A stretch of DNA of 52,885 nt, from the IMG/VR virus record IMGVR_UViG_3300016461_000001, positions 1 through 52,885 of that record; one strand, given 5' to 3'. The translations under genes and the position numbers were made by a program. This DNA comes from a virus. Under the pieces are notes generated by a model that saw only the letters and a list, made by a program, of their open reading frames with translations, was not told the DNA's origin and searched no databases. Positions 22,202 through 30,338 of the stretch are shown piece by piece (position 1 is the first letter of the stretch; each line of letters opens with the position of its first letter).

Positions 22202-22909
22202 ATGGAAACCACAGACCAGCAGGACGTGCAAGCTGAGACGCTGTCGGGCGACATTCGCGACAGCTTCCTGACCATCTTCCGCGACGTGCGGGAGCCCTGG
22301 GCCAAGCTGCCGGAGCATCAGCAGCGCCAGATCAACGAGGAGGTCGACCGCCTCGCCCGCGTCCTCGTCACCCGCGCCGTGTTCATCGCGCTGGATCGCG
22401 GCTTCGTCCACATCCCGGTCGTCACCGGCAAGGCCGTGCTGGCCGACGGGATCAAGATCGAGGTCTCGGCCTCGCGCATCGCCAAGAACTGCACGATCCT
22501 CGGCGAGAACCCGCCCGGCCCGGCCGTGCTGGTGTTCGCCGACGTCGAGGACTTCATCGGCGAGCGCGCGCCGGCGCCAGTCGACCAGGACCAGCCTGGG
22601 CTCCCGATCCACGACGAGGACGGTGTGATCGAGGAGGCCTCGGACCTGACCATCGATCAGGCCGAGGAGCTCGTCGCGGGCGCCGAGACGTTCCAGGGCA
22701 TGACCGTGCGGACCGGCCACCTCCCCGAAGGCGAGCGCCGCGAGAAGCTGGAGGCGGCCGTGCTGGCGAAGGGCGGCAAGCTCTACGCCTATCCCGCGCC
22801 GAACGAGAGCATCCGCCGCGAGCGCGAGAAGACGGCGGGTCGCGGCCGCGGCAGGGCCACCGGCAACGGTCTGCCCAAGTCCGAGATGCCTGCCGCTCCG
22901 TCCGCCTGA
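22202..22909 (+). CDS. Hypothetical protein (235 aa)
   Basis: Track ORF with ordinary composition. Confidence 0.6.
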   Translation: METTDQQDVQAETLSGDIRDSFLTIFRDVREPWAKLPEHQQRQINEEVDRLARVLVTRAVFIALDRGFVHIPVVTGKAVLADGIKIEVSASRIAKNCTILGENPPGPAVLVFADVEDFIGERAPAPVDQDQPGLPIHDEDGVIEEASDLTIDQAEELVAGAETFQGMTVRTGHLPEGERREKLEAAVLAKGGKLYAYPAPNESIRREREKTAGRGRGRATGNGLPKSEMPAAPSA

Positions 22910-22923
22910 TCGGAGCCCGGGTT

Positions 22924-23373
22924 ATGCCCTCGTCCGTCACGATCCGCTTGCCCGGGCCGCCTCAGGGCAAGCAGCGCCACCGCTCCCGGGTCGTGGCGGG
23001 CAAGGGCGGCAAGTCGTTCGCCAGCCAGTACAGCGATCCGAAGACCGTCGCTTATGAGCGCCGGCTTCGGGCCGCCGCGACCGTCGAGATGGATGGAGCC
23101 GCCCTGCTCACGGGCATGCTCTCCGTCGCCGTGTTCGCCTTCATGCCGATTCCCGCATCGTGGCCCAAGCGCAAGCGGCAGCAGGCCCGCGACCGCGTCA
23201 TCCGCCCCGTCACGAAGCCGGACTGGGACAACGTCGCCAAGGTCACCGACGCGCTGAACGGCGTGGTCTGGGGCGACGACGCCTCCGTGGTCGATGGCTA
23301 CGTGCGGAAATACTACGCCGACGAGCCCGAGCTGGTCGTGCAGGTGTCCGTCGTCGTTCCGGAGGCCGCATGA
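22924..23373 (+). CDS. rusA: RusA-family Holliday junction resolvase
   Basis: LPGPPQGKQRHR...VTKPDWDNVAKVTDALNGVVWGDDASVV. Confidence 0.8.
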   Translation: MPSSVTIRLPGPPQGKQRHRSRVVAGKGGKSFASQYSDPKTVAYERRLRAAATVEMDGAALLTGMLSVAVFAFMPIPASWPKRKRQQARDRVIRPVTKPDWDNVAKVTDALNGVVWGDDASVVDGYVRKYYADEPELVVQVSVVVPEAA

Positions 23374-23594
23374 AAGTCCGCGGCGTTCATCTCCATGTCC
23401 CGTACCTGATCGGCAATGGCCGGTGGTGCTCGTGCTGCTTCCCCGACGGCCCACCGGACGCGGTGAGCTACGCGACTAGTCGCAGGAAGCGCCGCGGCTG
23501 CAACGAGTGTGCTGGGGCCGGGCGCATCGCTTTCACCGCTGAAGAAATCATCGCGGCATACCGGACGCGGTCTGCGCCTGAGAGGGCCGCATGA
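23370..23594 (+). CDS. Small Cys-rich (zinc-finger-like) protein (74 aa)
   Basis: GRWCSCC...GCNECAG. ATGA overlap with rusA. Confidence 0.5.
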   Translation: MKVRGVHLHVPYLIGNGRWCSCCFPDGPPDAVSYATSRRKRRGCNECAGAGRIAFTAEEIIAAYRTRSAPERAA

Positions 23595-23848
23595 CCTGGG
23601 TCATCGTCCAAGAAGGGCGCATCCTCTACCGCGGCTCCCGCGAGGAGTGCATGGCCGCCGCCGAGCGATTTGGCCTGCTGTTCCACGTCGGCAGCGAGCT
23701 CGATGACACCGGCGAGCCGCGCGGCGTGCTTGTCGATGGGCGCCACTGGCATCCCGATGGCACCGAGCTGCCCTGCCGGATCGCCCGCGGCACCGTGATG
23801 ATGCTGGAGCGGATGCTGCCGCGACGCCTGCGGAGGATCGCGGCGTGA
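23591..23848 (+). CDS. Hypothetical protein (85 aa)
   Basis: Track ORF with an ATGA overlap. Confidence 0.5.
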   Translation: MTWVIVQEGRILYRGSREECMAAAERFGLLFHVGSELDDTGEPRGVLVDGRHWHPDGTELPCRIARGTVMMLERMLPRRLRRIAA

Positions 23849-25809
23849 GCGACCGTGACGCCTTCTCGCCTCACATGGAGGCCGTCGCCCGGGCCATGCT
23901 CGGCGATCCGAATCCGCGCCTGACGACGCCGAACGAGCTGCGCTACGGCAGCAATGGCTCGCTGTCGATCGACCGCCACGCCGGCATCTGGTTCGACCAC
24001 GAGCGTCAGGTCGGCGGCGGTGTGCTGGATCTGCTGAAGGACAAGCAGGGCCTGCAGAACGGCTCTGCGCTGGAGTGGCTCCGCGAGCGCGGATTCCTGC
24101 CGGAGCGGGAGCAGCCGGTGCAGTCGGCCCAGACTGCCCGCGCCCGGGTCGACAAGGTCTATGACTACGTCGACGAGAACGGCGAAGTCGTCTTTCAGGT
24201 CGTACGGTTCGAGCCGAAGACCTTCCGTCAGCGTCGGCCGGCCGCTTTCGGCGAGGACACCCGCGACGGCTTCGTCTGGTCGGTAAAGGGCATCACGCTC
24301 GTTCCGTACCGCCTGATCGAGATCCAGGAAGCCATCGCGAACGGTCACGTCGTGATGATCGTCGAGGGCGAAAAGGACGCCGACGCGCTCTGGCTGCGCG
24401 GCATCCCGGCTACCTGCAACCCAATGGGTGCCGGGAAGTGGTCTCCGGACCTGGACCGGCACTTCGAGGGTGCCGACGTCGTGATCCTGCCGGACAACGA
24501 CGAGCCGGGCCGGAAGCACCGCGATCTCGTTACCGCCCGGCTGTCGTCGGTTGCCAAGCGCATCCGCAGCCTTGAACTGCCGGATCTGCCGGTGAAGGGC
24601 GACGTGTCCGACTGGTTGGATGCGGGCGGCTCGGCTGAGCAGCTCTACCACCTGATCGAGCGCGGCGCCCGGGCCCCGTGGGACGTGCCGCCGGCCTCGC
24701 GCTTTGGCGCGCTCTGGCTGGACGCTATCCCCGGCAAGGTGAGCAACACGCCTTGGATCGTGAAGGGCATCGTGCCCGGCCGTGGCTTCGGAGCCGTCAT
24801 CGGGCAGCCGGGGTGCGGGAAGTCGTTCCTGGCGCTGGACCTGGCTTTCACCGTGTCAGTGCTGGCCTTCACCGAGGGCGAGGACTCGCGCTGGTTCGGC
24901 CGCCGGGTCCGCCCGATCGGCGTCGTCTACATCGCGGCCGAGGGTCAGACGGGCTTCGTGAAGCGGGTCGAGGCGCTGCTCAAGCGCTACCGCGTCGACG
25001 ATCTCAGCCGCTTCCCCTTCGTCCTGTATCCGACGGCGCTCGACCTCCGGAACCCGGAAGGTGACACCGGACCGCTATGCGAGGAGCTGAAGGCCATCGG
25101 CGCCCGCATGCAGGAGCGCATGGGCGTCCCGCTCGGCCTGATCATCGTCGACACGCTGAACCGCGTGCTCGCCGGTGGCGACGAGAACGCGCCAGAGGAT
25201 ATGGGCGCACTGATCCGGAACTGCTCTCGGATCCAGGAGGCGACCAACGGCGCCACCGTCGTCCCGGTCCACCACATGAACGCCGCCGGCACCCGCGAGC
25301 GCGGGCACTCCTCGCTTCGTGGCGCCCTGGACTTCATGATCGAGGTCGAGCGCGGCGAGGCCGGCAATAGCTGGAAGGTCGCCAAGCAGAAGGACGAGGA
25401 GGACGGTCAGGTCTTCTCGTTCACGCTCGCGAGCCAGGTCGTCGGACTGGACGAGGACGGCGACGCGATCACCTCTTGCCTCGTCGAGGCCGTGGAGGCG
25501 CCCCGCCTCGGCCCGCAGCCCCGGCGCGCCAAGCTGCCGCCGCAGGCGCTGAACGCCTACAACATCCTGTTCCGGCACTGCGACGACAGCGGCCAGCGCC
25601 GCTACCTGCTCGGCCGGGACCGGGTCTGCATCACCCTGACTGCCTGGCAGGAGGAGTGCCGTCGACAGAACCTCGTAGCCCCGGGTGGCGGTGAAGACGC
25701 CTTCCGCAAGGCATTCGGGCGAGCCTTCGACGTGCTCCGAGCTGACCAGCGCGTCGGCGTCGAGGGGGATTACGTGTTCCCGATCCTGAAGAAGTTCGAC
25801 ACCTCCTGA
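23845..25809 (+). CDS. Bifunctional primase/helicase-like replication protein (Toprim plus RecA/AAA_25-like ATPase)
   Basis: Toprim: VMIVEGEKDADAL...ILPDNDEPGRKH. Walker A: GQPGCGKSFLALDLA. Then IIVDTLNR and VHHMNAAG. Confidence 0.8.
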   Translation: MSDRDAFSPHMEAVARAMLGDPNPRLTTPNELRYGSNGSLSIDRHAGIWFDHERQVGGGVLDLLKDKQGLQNGSALEWLRERGFLPEREQPVQSAQTARARVDKVYDYVDENGEVVFQVVRFEPKTFRQRRPAAFGEDTRDGFVWSVKGITLVPYRLIEIQEAIANGHVVMIVEGEKDADALWLRGIPATCNPMGAGKWSPDLDRHFEGADVVILPDNDEPGRKHRDLVTARLSSVAKRIRSLELPDLPVKGDVSDWLDAGGSAEQLYHLIERGARAPWDVPPASRFGALWLDAIPGKVSNTPWIVKGIVPGRGFGAVIGQPGCGKSFLALDLAFTVSVLAFTEGEDSRWFGRRVRPIGVVYIAAEGQTGFVKRVEALLKRYRVDDLSRFPFVLYPTALDLRNPEGDTGPLCEELKAIGARMQERMGVPLGLIIVDTLNRVLAGGDENAPEDMGALIRNCSRIQEATNGATVVPVHHMNAAGTRERGHSSLRGALDFMIEVERGEAGNSWKVAKQKDEEDGQVFSFTLASQVVGLDEDGDAITSCLVEAVEAPRLGPQPRRAKLPPQALNAYNILFRHCDDSGQRRYLLGRDRVCITLTAWQEECRRQNLVAPGGGEDAFRKAFGRAFDVLRADQRVGVEGDYVFPILKKFDTS

Positions 25810-25821
25810 CGGGCTCAGCCG

Positions 25822-26005
25822 CCGGACAAGATCCGGACAAACCGCGGACAAAACCCTGTCCGGGCAGGCTCAAGCCTCAACCCATAGACAGCACGTTTTG
25901 TCCAGCCTTTGTCCGAAACCTGTCCGGTCAGTCCGCCAACATCCTCAGAGGGTTAGCGATGACCGGAGCAGTCCGCATGTCCAGTCCTGTCCGAACTTTG
26001 TCCGG
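25822..26005. promoter_or_regulatory. Iteron cluster, putative origin of replication
   Basis: CCGGACAA at 25822 and 25833 and GCGGACAA at 25844 (11-bp phasing), followed by at least 10 inverted (T)GTCC(G) copies, several also 11 bp apart. Directly downstream of the primase/helicase. Confidence 0.55.
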
Positions 26006-26047
26006 CCTCGCGCGCGCTCGCGCACATACGCGGGGGTTATACTCCTC

Positions 26048-26092
26048 GGGTAGTTATAGGGATCTCTTTCAGAGATCCCGATATAACTACCC
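26048..26092. repeat. AT-rich imperfect palindrome (20/22-nt arms, 3-nt loop)
   Basis: GGGTAGTTATAGGGATCTCT-ttc-AGAGATCCCGATATAACTACCC. Stands out in a G+C-rich genome. Confidence 0.7.
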
Positions 26093-26194
26093 TCGTAACC
26101 GTAGAGGATCCGCGCGCGACCCTCGGACGTCGGGTGCTGGCGGGTCCGCGCTTGGGGCGCTCCCCCGCCTGTCGCGTCCGATTCGGGAGGCCGC

Positions 26195-26578
26195 ATGAGC
26201 CGCCCCGCTCCGAAATCCGCGATGGCGCGGCTGTGGGATCGTCAGCGGCAGCAGGCCCGCGCCGCGATGGCGGCCCGCCAGCCCGCCGCCGATCCTGCGC
26301 CGGCGGTGAAGCCGCCGCCCGCCAGCGTCCCGCCGCGCCCGGCACCCGGGACGTTTCGCATCGCCGAACTCGTCGAGGGGCAGTGCCGCTTCCCGGTCAC
26401 GCCGCACCGGGCCCGACCGCACGAGCACCGGTTCTGCGGCGAGCCCGTCGCCTGGAAGGCCGGCAAGCCGACGAGCTGGTGCGGCCATCACCTGATCGAG
26501 GTCTGCGGCCAGCCCGGCCGAGCCCCGGGCGGCGCCAGCCTGGCCGACATGGCCCGCGCGCCGAAGGTGACCGCATGA
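26195..26578 (+). CDS. GcrA C-terminal-domain-like protein
   Basis: LVEGQCRFPV...HRFCGEPV..GKPTSWCGHH matches the C.(W/F)P...F.FCG...YC..H pattern of GcrA-type regulators. GGAGG RBS. Confidence 0.45.
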   Translation: MSRPAPKSAMARLWDRQRQQARAAMAARQPAADPAPAVKPPPASVPPRPAPGTFRIAELVEGQCRFPVTPHRARPHEHRFCGEPVAWKAGKPTSWCGHHLIEVCGQPGRAPGGASLADMARAPKVTA

Positions 26579-27246
26579 CCGATGCCGCCACCCTCCCCGC
26601 AGATCCTAGCATCGGCGCCGGAGAACGCTGCCGGTGGCAGTCGCCCGTCGGCTACCCGCCGCGTCGCCGCCGCGCCGCCGCGCTGCTCCACGCCGCTGGC
26701 GAGGCCGGGCGGAGCAACCGCGACGTGGTGCTCGTCGACCGACCGGCACCCGGCGCGCCCGGCGTCACGCGCCAGGTCACCGTCAACCGCCGCGTCGACA
26801 CGCTGGCCCACGAGCGGGCCCAGAAGCGGATCAGCCACGAGGAGTTCCACACCGGCCGCGCCATGCAGGCGATCTGGGAGGGCCAGGACGGCAGCCGCGT
26901 CTCCGGCGCCGACTGGTCCGGCGGCACGCGCCGCAGCGGCATCACCGACGGGCTCAGCGCCGCCGAGGTGCTCGCCATCCGCCGCATCGTCGGCGCCCGC
27001 CGGGCTGAGGACCTGAACGCCGAGATCCGCGACACCGTCGGACGCGAGGGCCTCCGAGAGCTCCGCGCCGTCCTCTGCGGCCACGGCTACTTCGCCGACA
27101 TGGCCGCAGCCGAGGGCCGGACCGGCGAGCGCGCCGCGTCCGAGATCGCCAGCCGATTCCGCTGGCTGCTGCGGCAGGCCACCAGGGCGCTGAGCGGCGC
27201 AGACGACGAGCAAGCCGTCCCCATCCGATCATGGGCCGGACGTTGA
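26575..27246 (+). CDS. Hypothetical protein (223 aa), possible late regulator
   Basis: MTDAATLPADPSIGAGERCRWQSPVGY... ATGA overlap with the GcrA-like gene. The track N-terminal extension was rejected. Confidence 0.55.
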   Translation: MTDAATLPADPSIGAGERCRWQSPVGYPPRRRRAAALLHAAGEAGRSNRDVVLVDRPAPGAPGVTRQVTVNRRVDTLAHERAQKRISHEEFHTGRAMQAIWEGQDGSRVSGADWSGGTRRSGITDGLSAAEVLAIRRIVGARRAEDLNAEIRDTVGREGLRELRAVLCGHGYFADMAAAEGRTGERAASEIASRFRWLLRQATRALSGADDEQAVPIRSWAGR

Positions 27247-27289
27247 CACCCGACGGCGCTTCTGACAGCCATTTGTACGCCGCGCAGTG

Positions 27290-27330
27290 CGCCCGCGTCC
27301 CTCCAAGGGGCCGCGGGCGTTCGCATTTCT
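27290..27330 (+). terminator. Terminator-like GC hairpin with a weak T tract
   Basis: CGCCCGCG (27290-27297) pairs with CGCGGGCG (27312-27319), plus an inner CCCT/GGGG pairing, then TTCGCATTTCT. Confidence 0.4.
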
Positions 27331-27340
27331 GGAGCGCTCC

Positions 27341-27496
27341 ATGAGCCCCGTCGCGATCATCCTGCTGATCCTGATCATCCTCGCCTTCGGCGGTGGCGGG
27401 TTCGGCTGGGGTGGCGCCTACCGCGGGCCCGGCTTCGGCATCGGGGGCGTGCTGATCATCGTCCTGGTGATCCTGCTGCTCACGGGGCGGCTGTGA
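27341..27496 (+). CDS. Small Gly-rich membrane protein (DUF3309-like, 51 aa)
   Basis: MSPVAIILLILIILAFGGGGFGWGGAYRGPGFGIGGVLIIVLVILLLTGRL. GGAG RBS. Confidence 0.55.
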   Translation: MSPVAIILLILIILAFGGGGFGWGGAYRGPGFGIGGVLIIVLVILLLTGRL

Positions 27497-27630
27497 GCGA
27501 CGAGGCTGAAGCCGCTCTGATCATGGCCGGATCCTTCGGGGCGTTTACGTTCATGCTCGGCTACCTGCTCGGGAAGGCGCGGGCCACCGCCCGGCAGCCG
27601 CTCACCGACCGGATGAGCTTCGAGGACTGA
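27493..27630 (+). CDS. 45-aa single-TM mini-protein
   Basis: Hand-translated: (V)SDEAEAALIMAGSFGAFTFMLGYLLGKARATARQPLTDRMSFED. GTGA overlap. Confidence 0.4.
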   Translation: MSDEAEAALIMAGSFGAFTFMLGYLLGKARATARQPLTDRMSFED

Positions 27631-27640
27631 GGCGCCACCC

Positions 27641-28177
27641 GTGGCCCTGACCCCCAAGCAGCAGCGTTTCGTCGAGGAGTACCTCGTCGATCTGAACGCG
27701 ACCCAGGCCGCGATCCGTGCCGGGTACAGCGAGCGCAGCGCCTACAGCGTCGGACACGAGAACCTGAGCAAACCTGAGATCGCCGCCGCCATCTCGGAAG
27801 GCCAGGCGAACCTCTCCGAAGTGGCCGAGGTGACGGCCGAGCGGGTGATGCGCGAGGTGGCCCTGATCGCCCTCGCCGACCCGCGCTCCGTCATGACCTG
27901 GGGGCCGAAGGGCGTGACGCTGATCGACAGCAAGGCGCTGACCCGGGATCAGGCCGCCATCGTCGCCGAGGTCGCCCAGACGAAGGACGGGATCCGGCTC
28001 AAGACGCACAGCAAGCTCGACGCGCTCGAGAAGCTGATCCGGCGCATGGGGCTGAACGCGCCCGAGAAGGTCGACGTGAACGTGAAGGTCGACGGCCTCG
28101 AGGACGCGGACGTGGCCCGGCGCCTCGCCTTCATGCTCGCCAGCGGCGCGGCCGCGCAGGCACCGACCAAGGACTGA
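27641..28177 (+). CDS. terS: Terminase small subunit
   Basis: ALTPKQQRFVEEYLVDLNATQAAIRAGYSERSAYSVGHENLSKPEI is the P27/Terminase_2 signature. Confidence 0.8.
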   Translation: MALTPKQQRFVEEYLVDLNATQAAIRAGYSERSAYSVGHENLSKPEIAAAISEGQANLSEVAEVTAERVMREVALIALADPRSVMTWGPKGVTLIDSKALTRDQAAIVAEVAQTKDGIRLKTHSKLDALEKLIRRMGLNAPEKVDVNVKVDGLEDADVARRLAFMLASGAAAQAPTKD

Positions 28178-28182
28178 TCCCC

Positions 28183-28923
28183 ATGCGCACCCGCTTCCGC
28201 ACGCTGCTCCTCGCCGGGGCGGCGTCTCTCGCCGTGTCCGCGGCCGCGTTCGCCCAGGTCACGACCAACGGTGCCGTATCGACCATCTCGCAGATCGTGC
28301 AGGTGGTCTGGAACGGCCAGAACATCAGCAGCTCGAACCCGCTGCCGGTGGCTGTTGCGTCGGGGGGCGGCGGGTCGGCCACGGCAGCCGGCACGAACGG
28401 GACCACGGCGCAGGCCGTCCAGGGCATCAACGGCGGCGTACCTCTGCCGATCCAGGGCGGCAACGCCACGGCGGTCAAGACGGACGGCTCCGCGACCACG
28501 CAGCCGATCAGCGCCGCCGCCCTGCCGCTGCCGGCCGGCGCGGCAACGTCGGCGAACCAGACGAGCGAGATCGCTCAGCTTACGGCCGCGAACCAGCGGT
28601 CAGCCCTCTTCGCCGACTTCACGAACCAGGCTGTCGCTTCAAGCGGGACGATCACGGGGCCTTGGCGCGATGCTGGCGCGAGCCCGTCGCCATACACCAA
28701 GTTCAATTATGCGTTCGTGTCCTCGCAGTCGGGAACGGCGGTTGTACAAGTTTCGAACGACGGCACCAATTCGCTGACCAATATCATGACGACCACGGCG
28801 CTGAGCCCAACGAATAACATCGTCGGCACTCTACCGCTGACTTACAGATATTATCGCGTCGTTCTGATCAACGGCACGACGGCGGCTAACGCTTCCGTCA
28901 ACACGGCCTTTGCCACGAACTGA
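28183..28923 (+). CDS. Signal-peptide protein (246 aa), fibre/adhesin-like Gly/Ser/Thr/Ala-rich
   Basis: [24 protein letters not shown]|QV Sec-type signal. Starts 5 nt after terS. Confidence 0.6.
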   Translation: MRTRFRTLLLAGAASLAVSAAAFAQVTTNGAVSTISQIVQVVWNGQNISSSNPLPVAVASGGGGSATAAGTNGTTAQAVQGINGGVPLPIQGGNATAVKTDGSATTQPISAAALPLPAGAATSANQTSEIAQLTAANQRSALFADFTNQAVASSGTITGPWRDAGASPSPYTKFNYAFVSSQSGTAVVQVSNDGTNSLTNIMTTTALSPTNNIVGTLPLTYRYYRVVLINGTTAANASVNTAFATN

Positions 28924-28932
28924 GGCCGCATC

Positions 28933-29427
28933 ATGCGCCGCCTATTCGGGATCGCCGCAGCCCTCGCCCTGGCGTCCGCCGGGGCCTCGGCGCAACTGCT
29001 GGTCAACGGCCAGACCCAGACCGTTCCGGCCGCCGTCCCGAACGCGGACTACCTGTCCACGGCCGGCGCCCGCATGTCGCCGCAGATCCCGTTCTACCGG
29101 ATCGGCGAGCCGTACCAGATCGCCTTCACGCCCACGAGCGGCAGCGTCGAGGTGCCCGTCACCCCGCCGCCCGGCGCGACCTCGTTCCGGTACAGCGTGA
29201 ACGCCCCCTGCTCGGTGCGCTTCCGAGGCAGGGTCGCGGGCGCGCCCTTCGTGCCCCTGACGGCGACAACGGGCTGGCTGTGGTTCCCAGCCACCCAGGA
29301 CATCTTCACGTCCCTACAGCCCATCTCCGTCGTGGCGATGGGCGTCGATGGGCCGTTCGCGAGCGTCCAGGCGGCCCAGAAGGCCTGCTCGGGCGTCGTC
29401 GAGCTTCAGTTCGGAACGGGCCAGTGA
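28933..29427 (+). CDS. Signal-peptide protein (164 aa)
   Basis: [20 protein letters not shown]|QL Sec-type signal. Confidence 0.6.
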   Translation: MRRLFGIAAALALASAGASAQLLVNGQTQTVPAAVPNADYLSTAGARMSPQIPFYRIGEPYQIAFTPTSGSVEVPVTPPPGATSFRYSVNAPCSVRFRGRVAGAPFVPLTATTGWLWFPATQDIFTSLQPISVVAMGVDGPFASVQAAQKACSGVVELQFGTGQ

Positions 29428-30077
29428 TGCGCGCGGCATGGGCTCTCGCGCTGCTGCTCGCCGCGACGCCGGCTCTCGGGCGAGGCACCGCTTCGCCGTG
29501 GCCGGCGCTGGATGGTGTTCCGGGACCACAGGGAGCGAAGGGCGATGCAGGACCGGCCGGAGCTGCGGGCGCGAAGGGAGACCAAGGGGCGCCGGGCGAC
29601 ACCGGCCCCCAGGGACCGGCAGGACCCAGCGGACAGGCAGGCCAGAAAGGCGATCAGGGCCCTGCAGGAAGCCCGGGAGCCCAAGGACTGACGGGCCCGG
29701 CCGGTTCGCCCGGCCTCGTCTCCGTCGCCCCATCTACCCCGACCCGCGCCCTCGGCGCCGCGTTCCAGCCTAGCGCGACGAAGGCGACGTTCGTCTCCTA
29801 CTCGGTCAAGACGTCCGTCACGAACCCGCTCCTTGTCGGCACGTCTACCGCGACCGTGACCCTGCTCAGCGATGCCGCAACTACGCCGACCACGGAGCGC
29901 GGCCGCGTCGAGGCAACGTCCGGCGTGGGGGTCTCCGTCACCCTCGCGCTCACCACCAGCAACACCGCACAGCTCTCCTACGTCGTGCCGGCCGGCCATT
30001 GGGTTCGGCTCGTCTCCACGGTGAGCGGCACCGGCTCGGCTGCGATCGTCTCGCAGGTCGAGGAAACCCTGAACTGA
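29427..30077 (+). CDS. Collagen-like repeat protein with signal peptide and a beta-rich C-terminal domain (216 aa)
   Basis: [18 protein letters not shown] signal, 22 uninterrupted G-X-Y triplets, and TGATG coupling. The track ORF starts further upstream. Confidence 0.7.
   Translation: MRAAWALALLLAATPALGRGTASPWPALDGVPGPQGAKGDAGPAGAAGAKGDQGAPGDTGPQGPAGPSGQAGQKGDQGPAGSPGAQGLTGPAGSPGLVSVAPSTPTRALGAAFQPSATKATFVSYSVKTSVTNPLLVGTSTATVTLLSDAATTPTTERGRVEATSGVGVSVTLALTTSNTAQLSYVVPAGHWVRLVSTVSGTGSAAIVSQVEETLN
29514..29711 (+). repeat. Collagen G-X-Y tract (22 triplets)
   Basis: [66 protein letters not shown]. Confidence 0.9.
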
Positions 30078-30089
30078 GGAGACACCACC

Positions 30090-30323
30090 ATGCGCTACAA
30101 GCTCACCCCCCTGCAGGAGCTGCCGGCGGCTCACGCCGCGTCCTACGCCGAAGTCGTCCACGAGGGCGACGAGGCCTCGCGCGATCAGCGCCTGAACGAC
30201 CTCCACGCCCTCACCGGCGTGCCGTTCGAGGCCGCCGAGTACAGCGACGACGACGCCCGCAAGGACGACGAGCGCGAGAACAAGGCGCTGAAGCGGCAGA
30301 GCCGCAAGGCCAGCGAGGACTAA
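30090..30323 (+). CDS. Small acidic protein (77 aa)
   Basis: Track ORF with a GGAGA RBS. Confidence 0.55.
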   Translation: MRYKLTPLQELPAAHAASYAEVVHEGDEASRDQRLNDLHALTGVPFEAAEYSDDDARKDDERENKALKRQSRKASED

Positions 30324-30338
30324 GGCTCACCCGCGGCC

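Noticed and set aside
25822-26005. CRISPR-like repeat array
   Set aside because: The repeats are only 7-8 nt, occur in both orientations with 3-4-nt spacers, and no cas genes are present. The pattern fits iterons.
25945-26198. Track ORFs 25945..26196 (minus) and 25959..26198 (plus)
   Set aside because: They overlap each other across the iteron/palindrome region and lack an RBS and any plausible composition.
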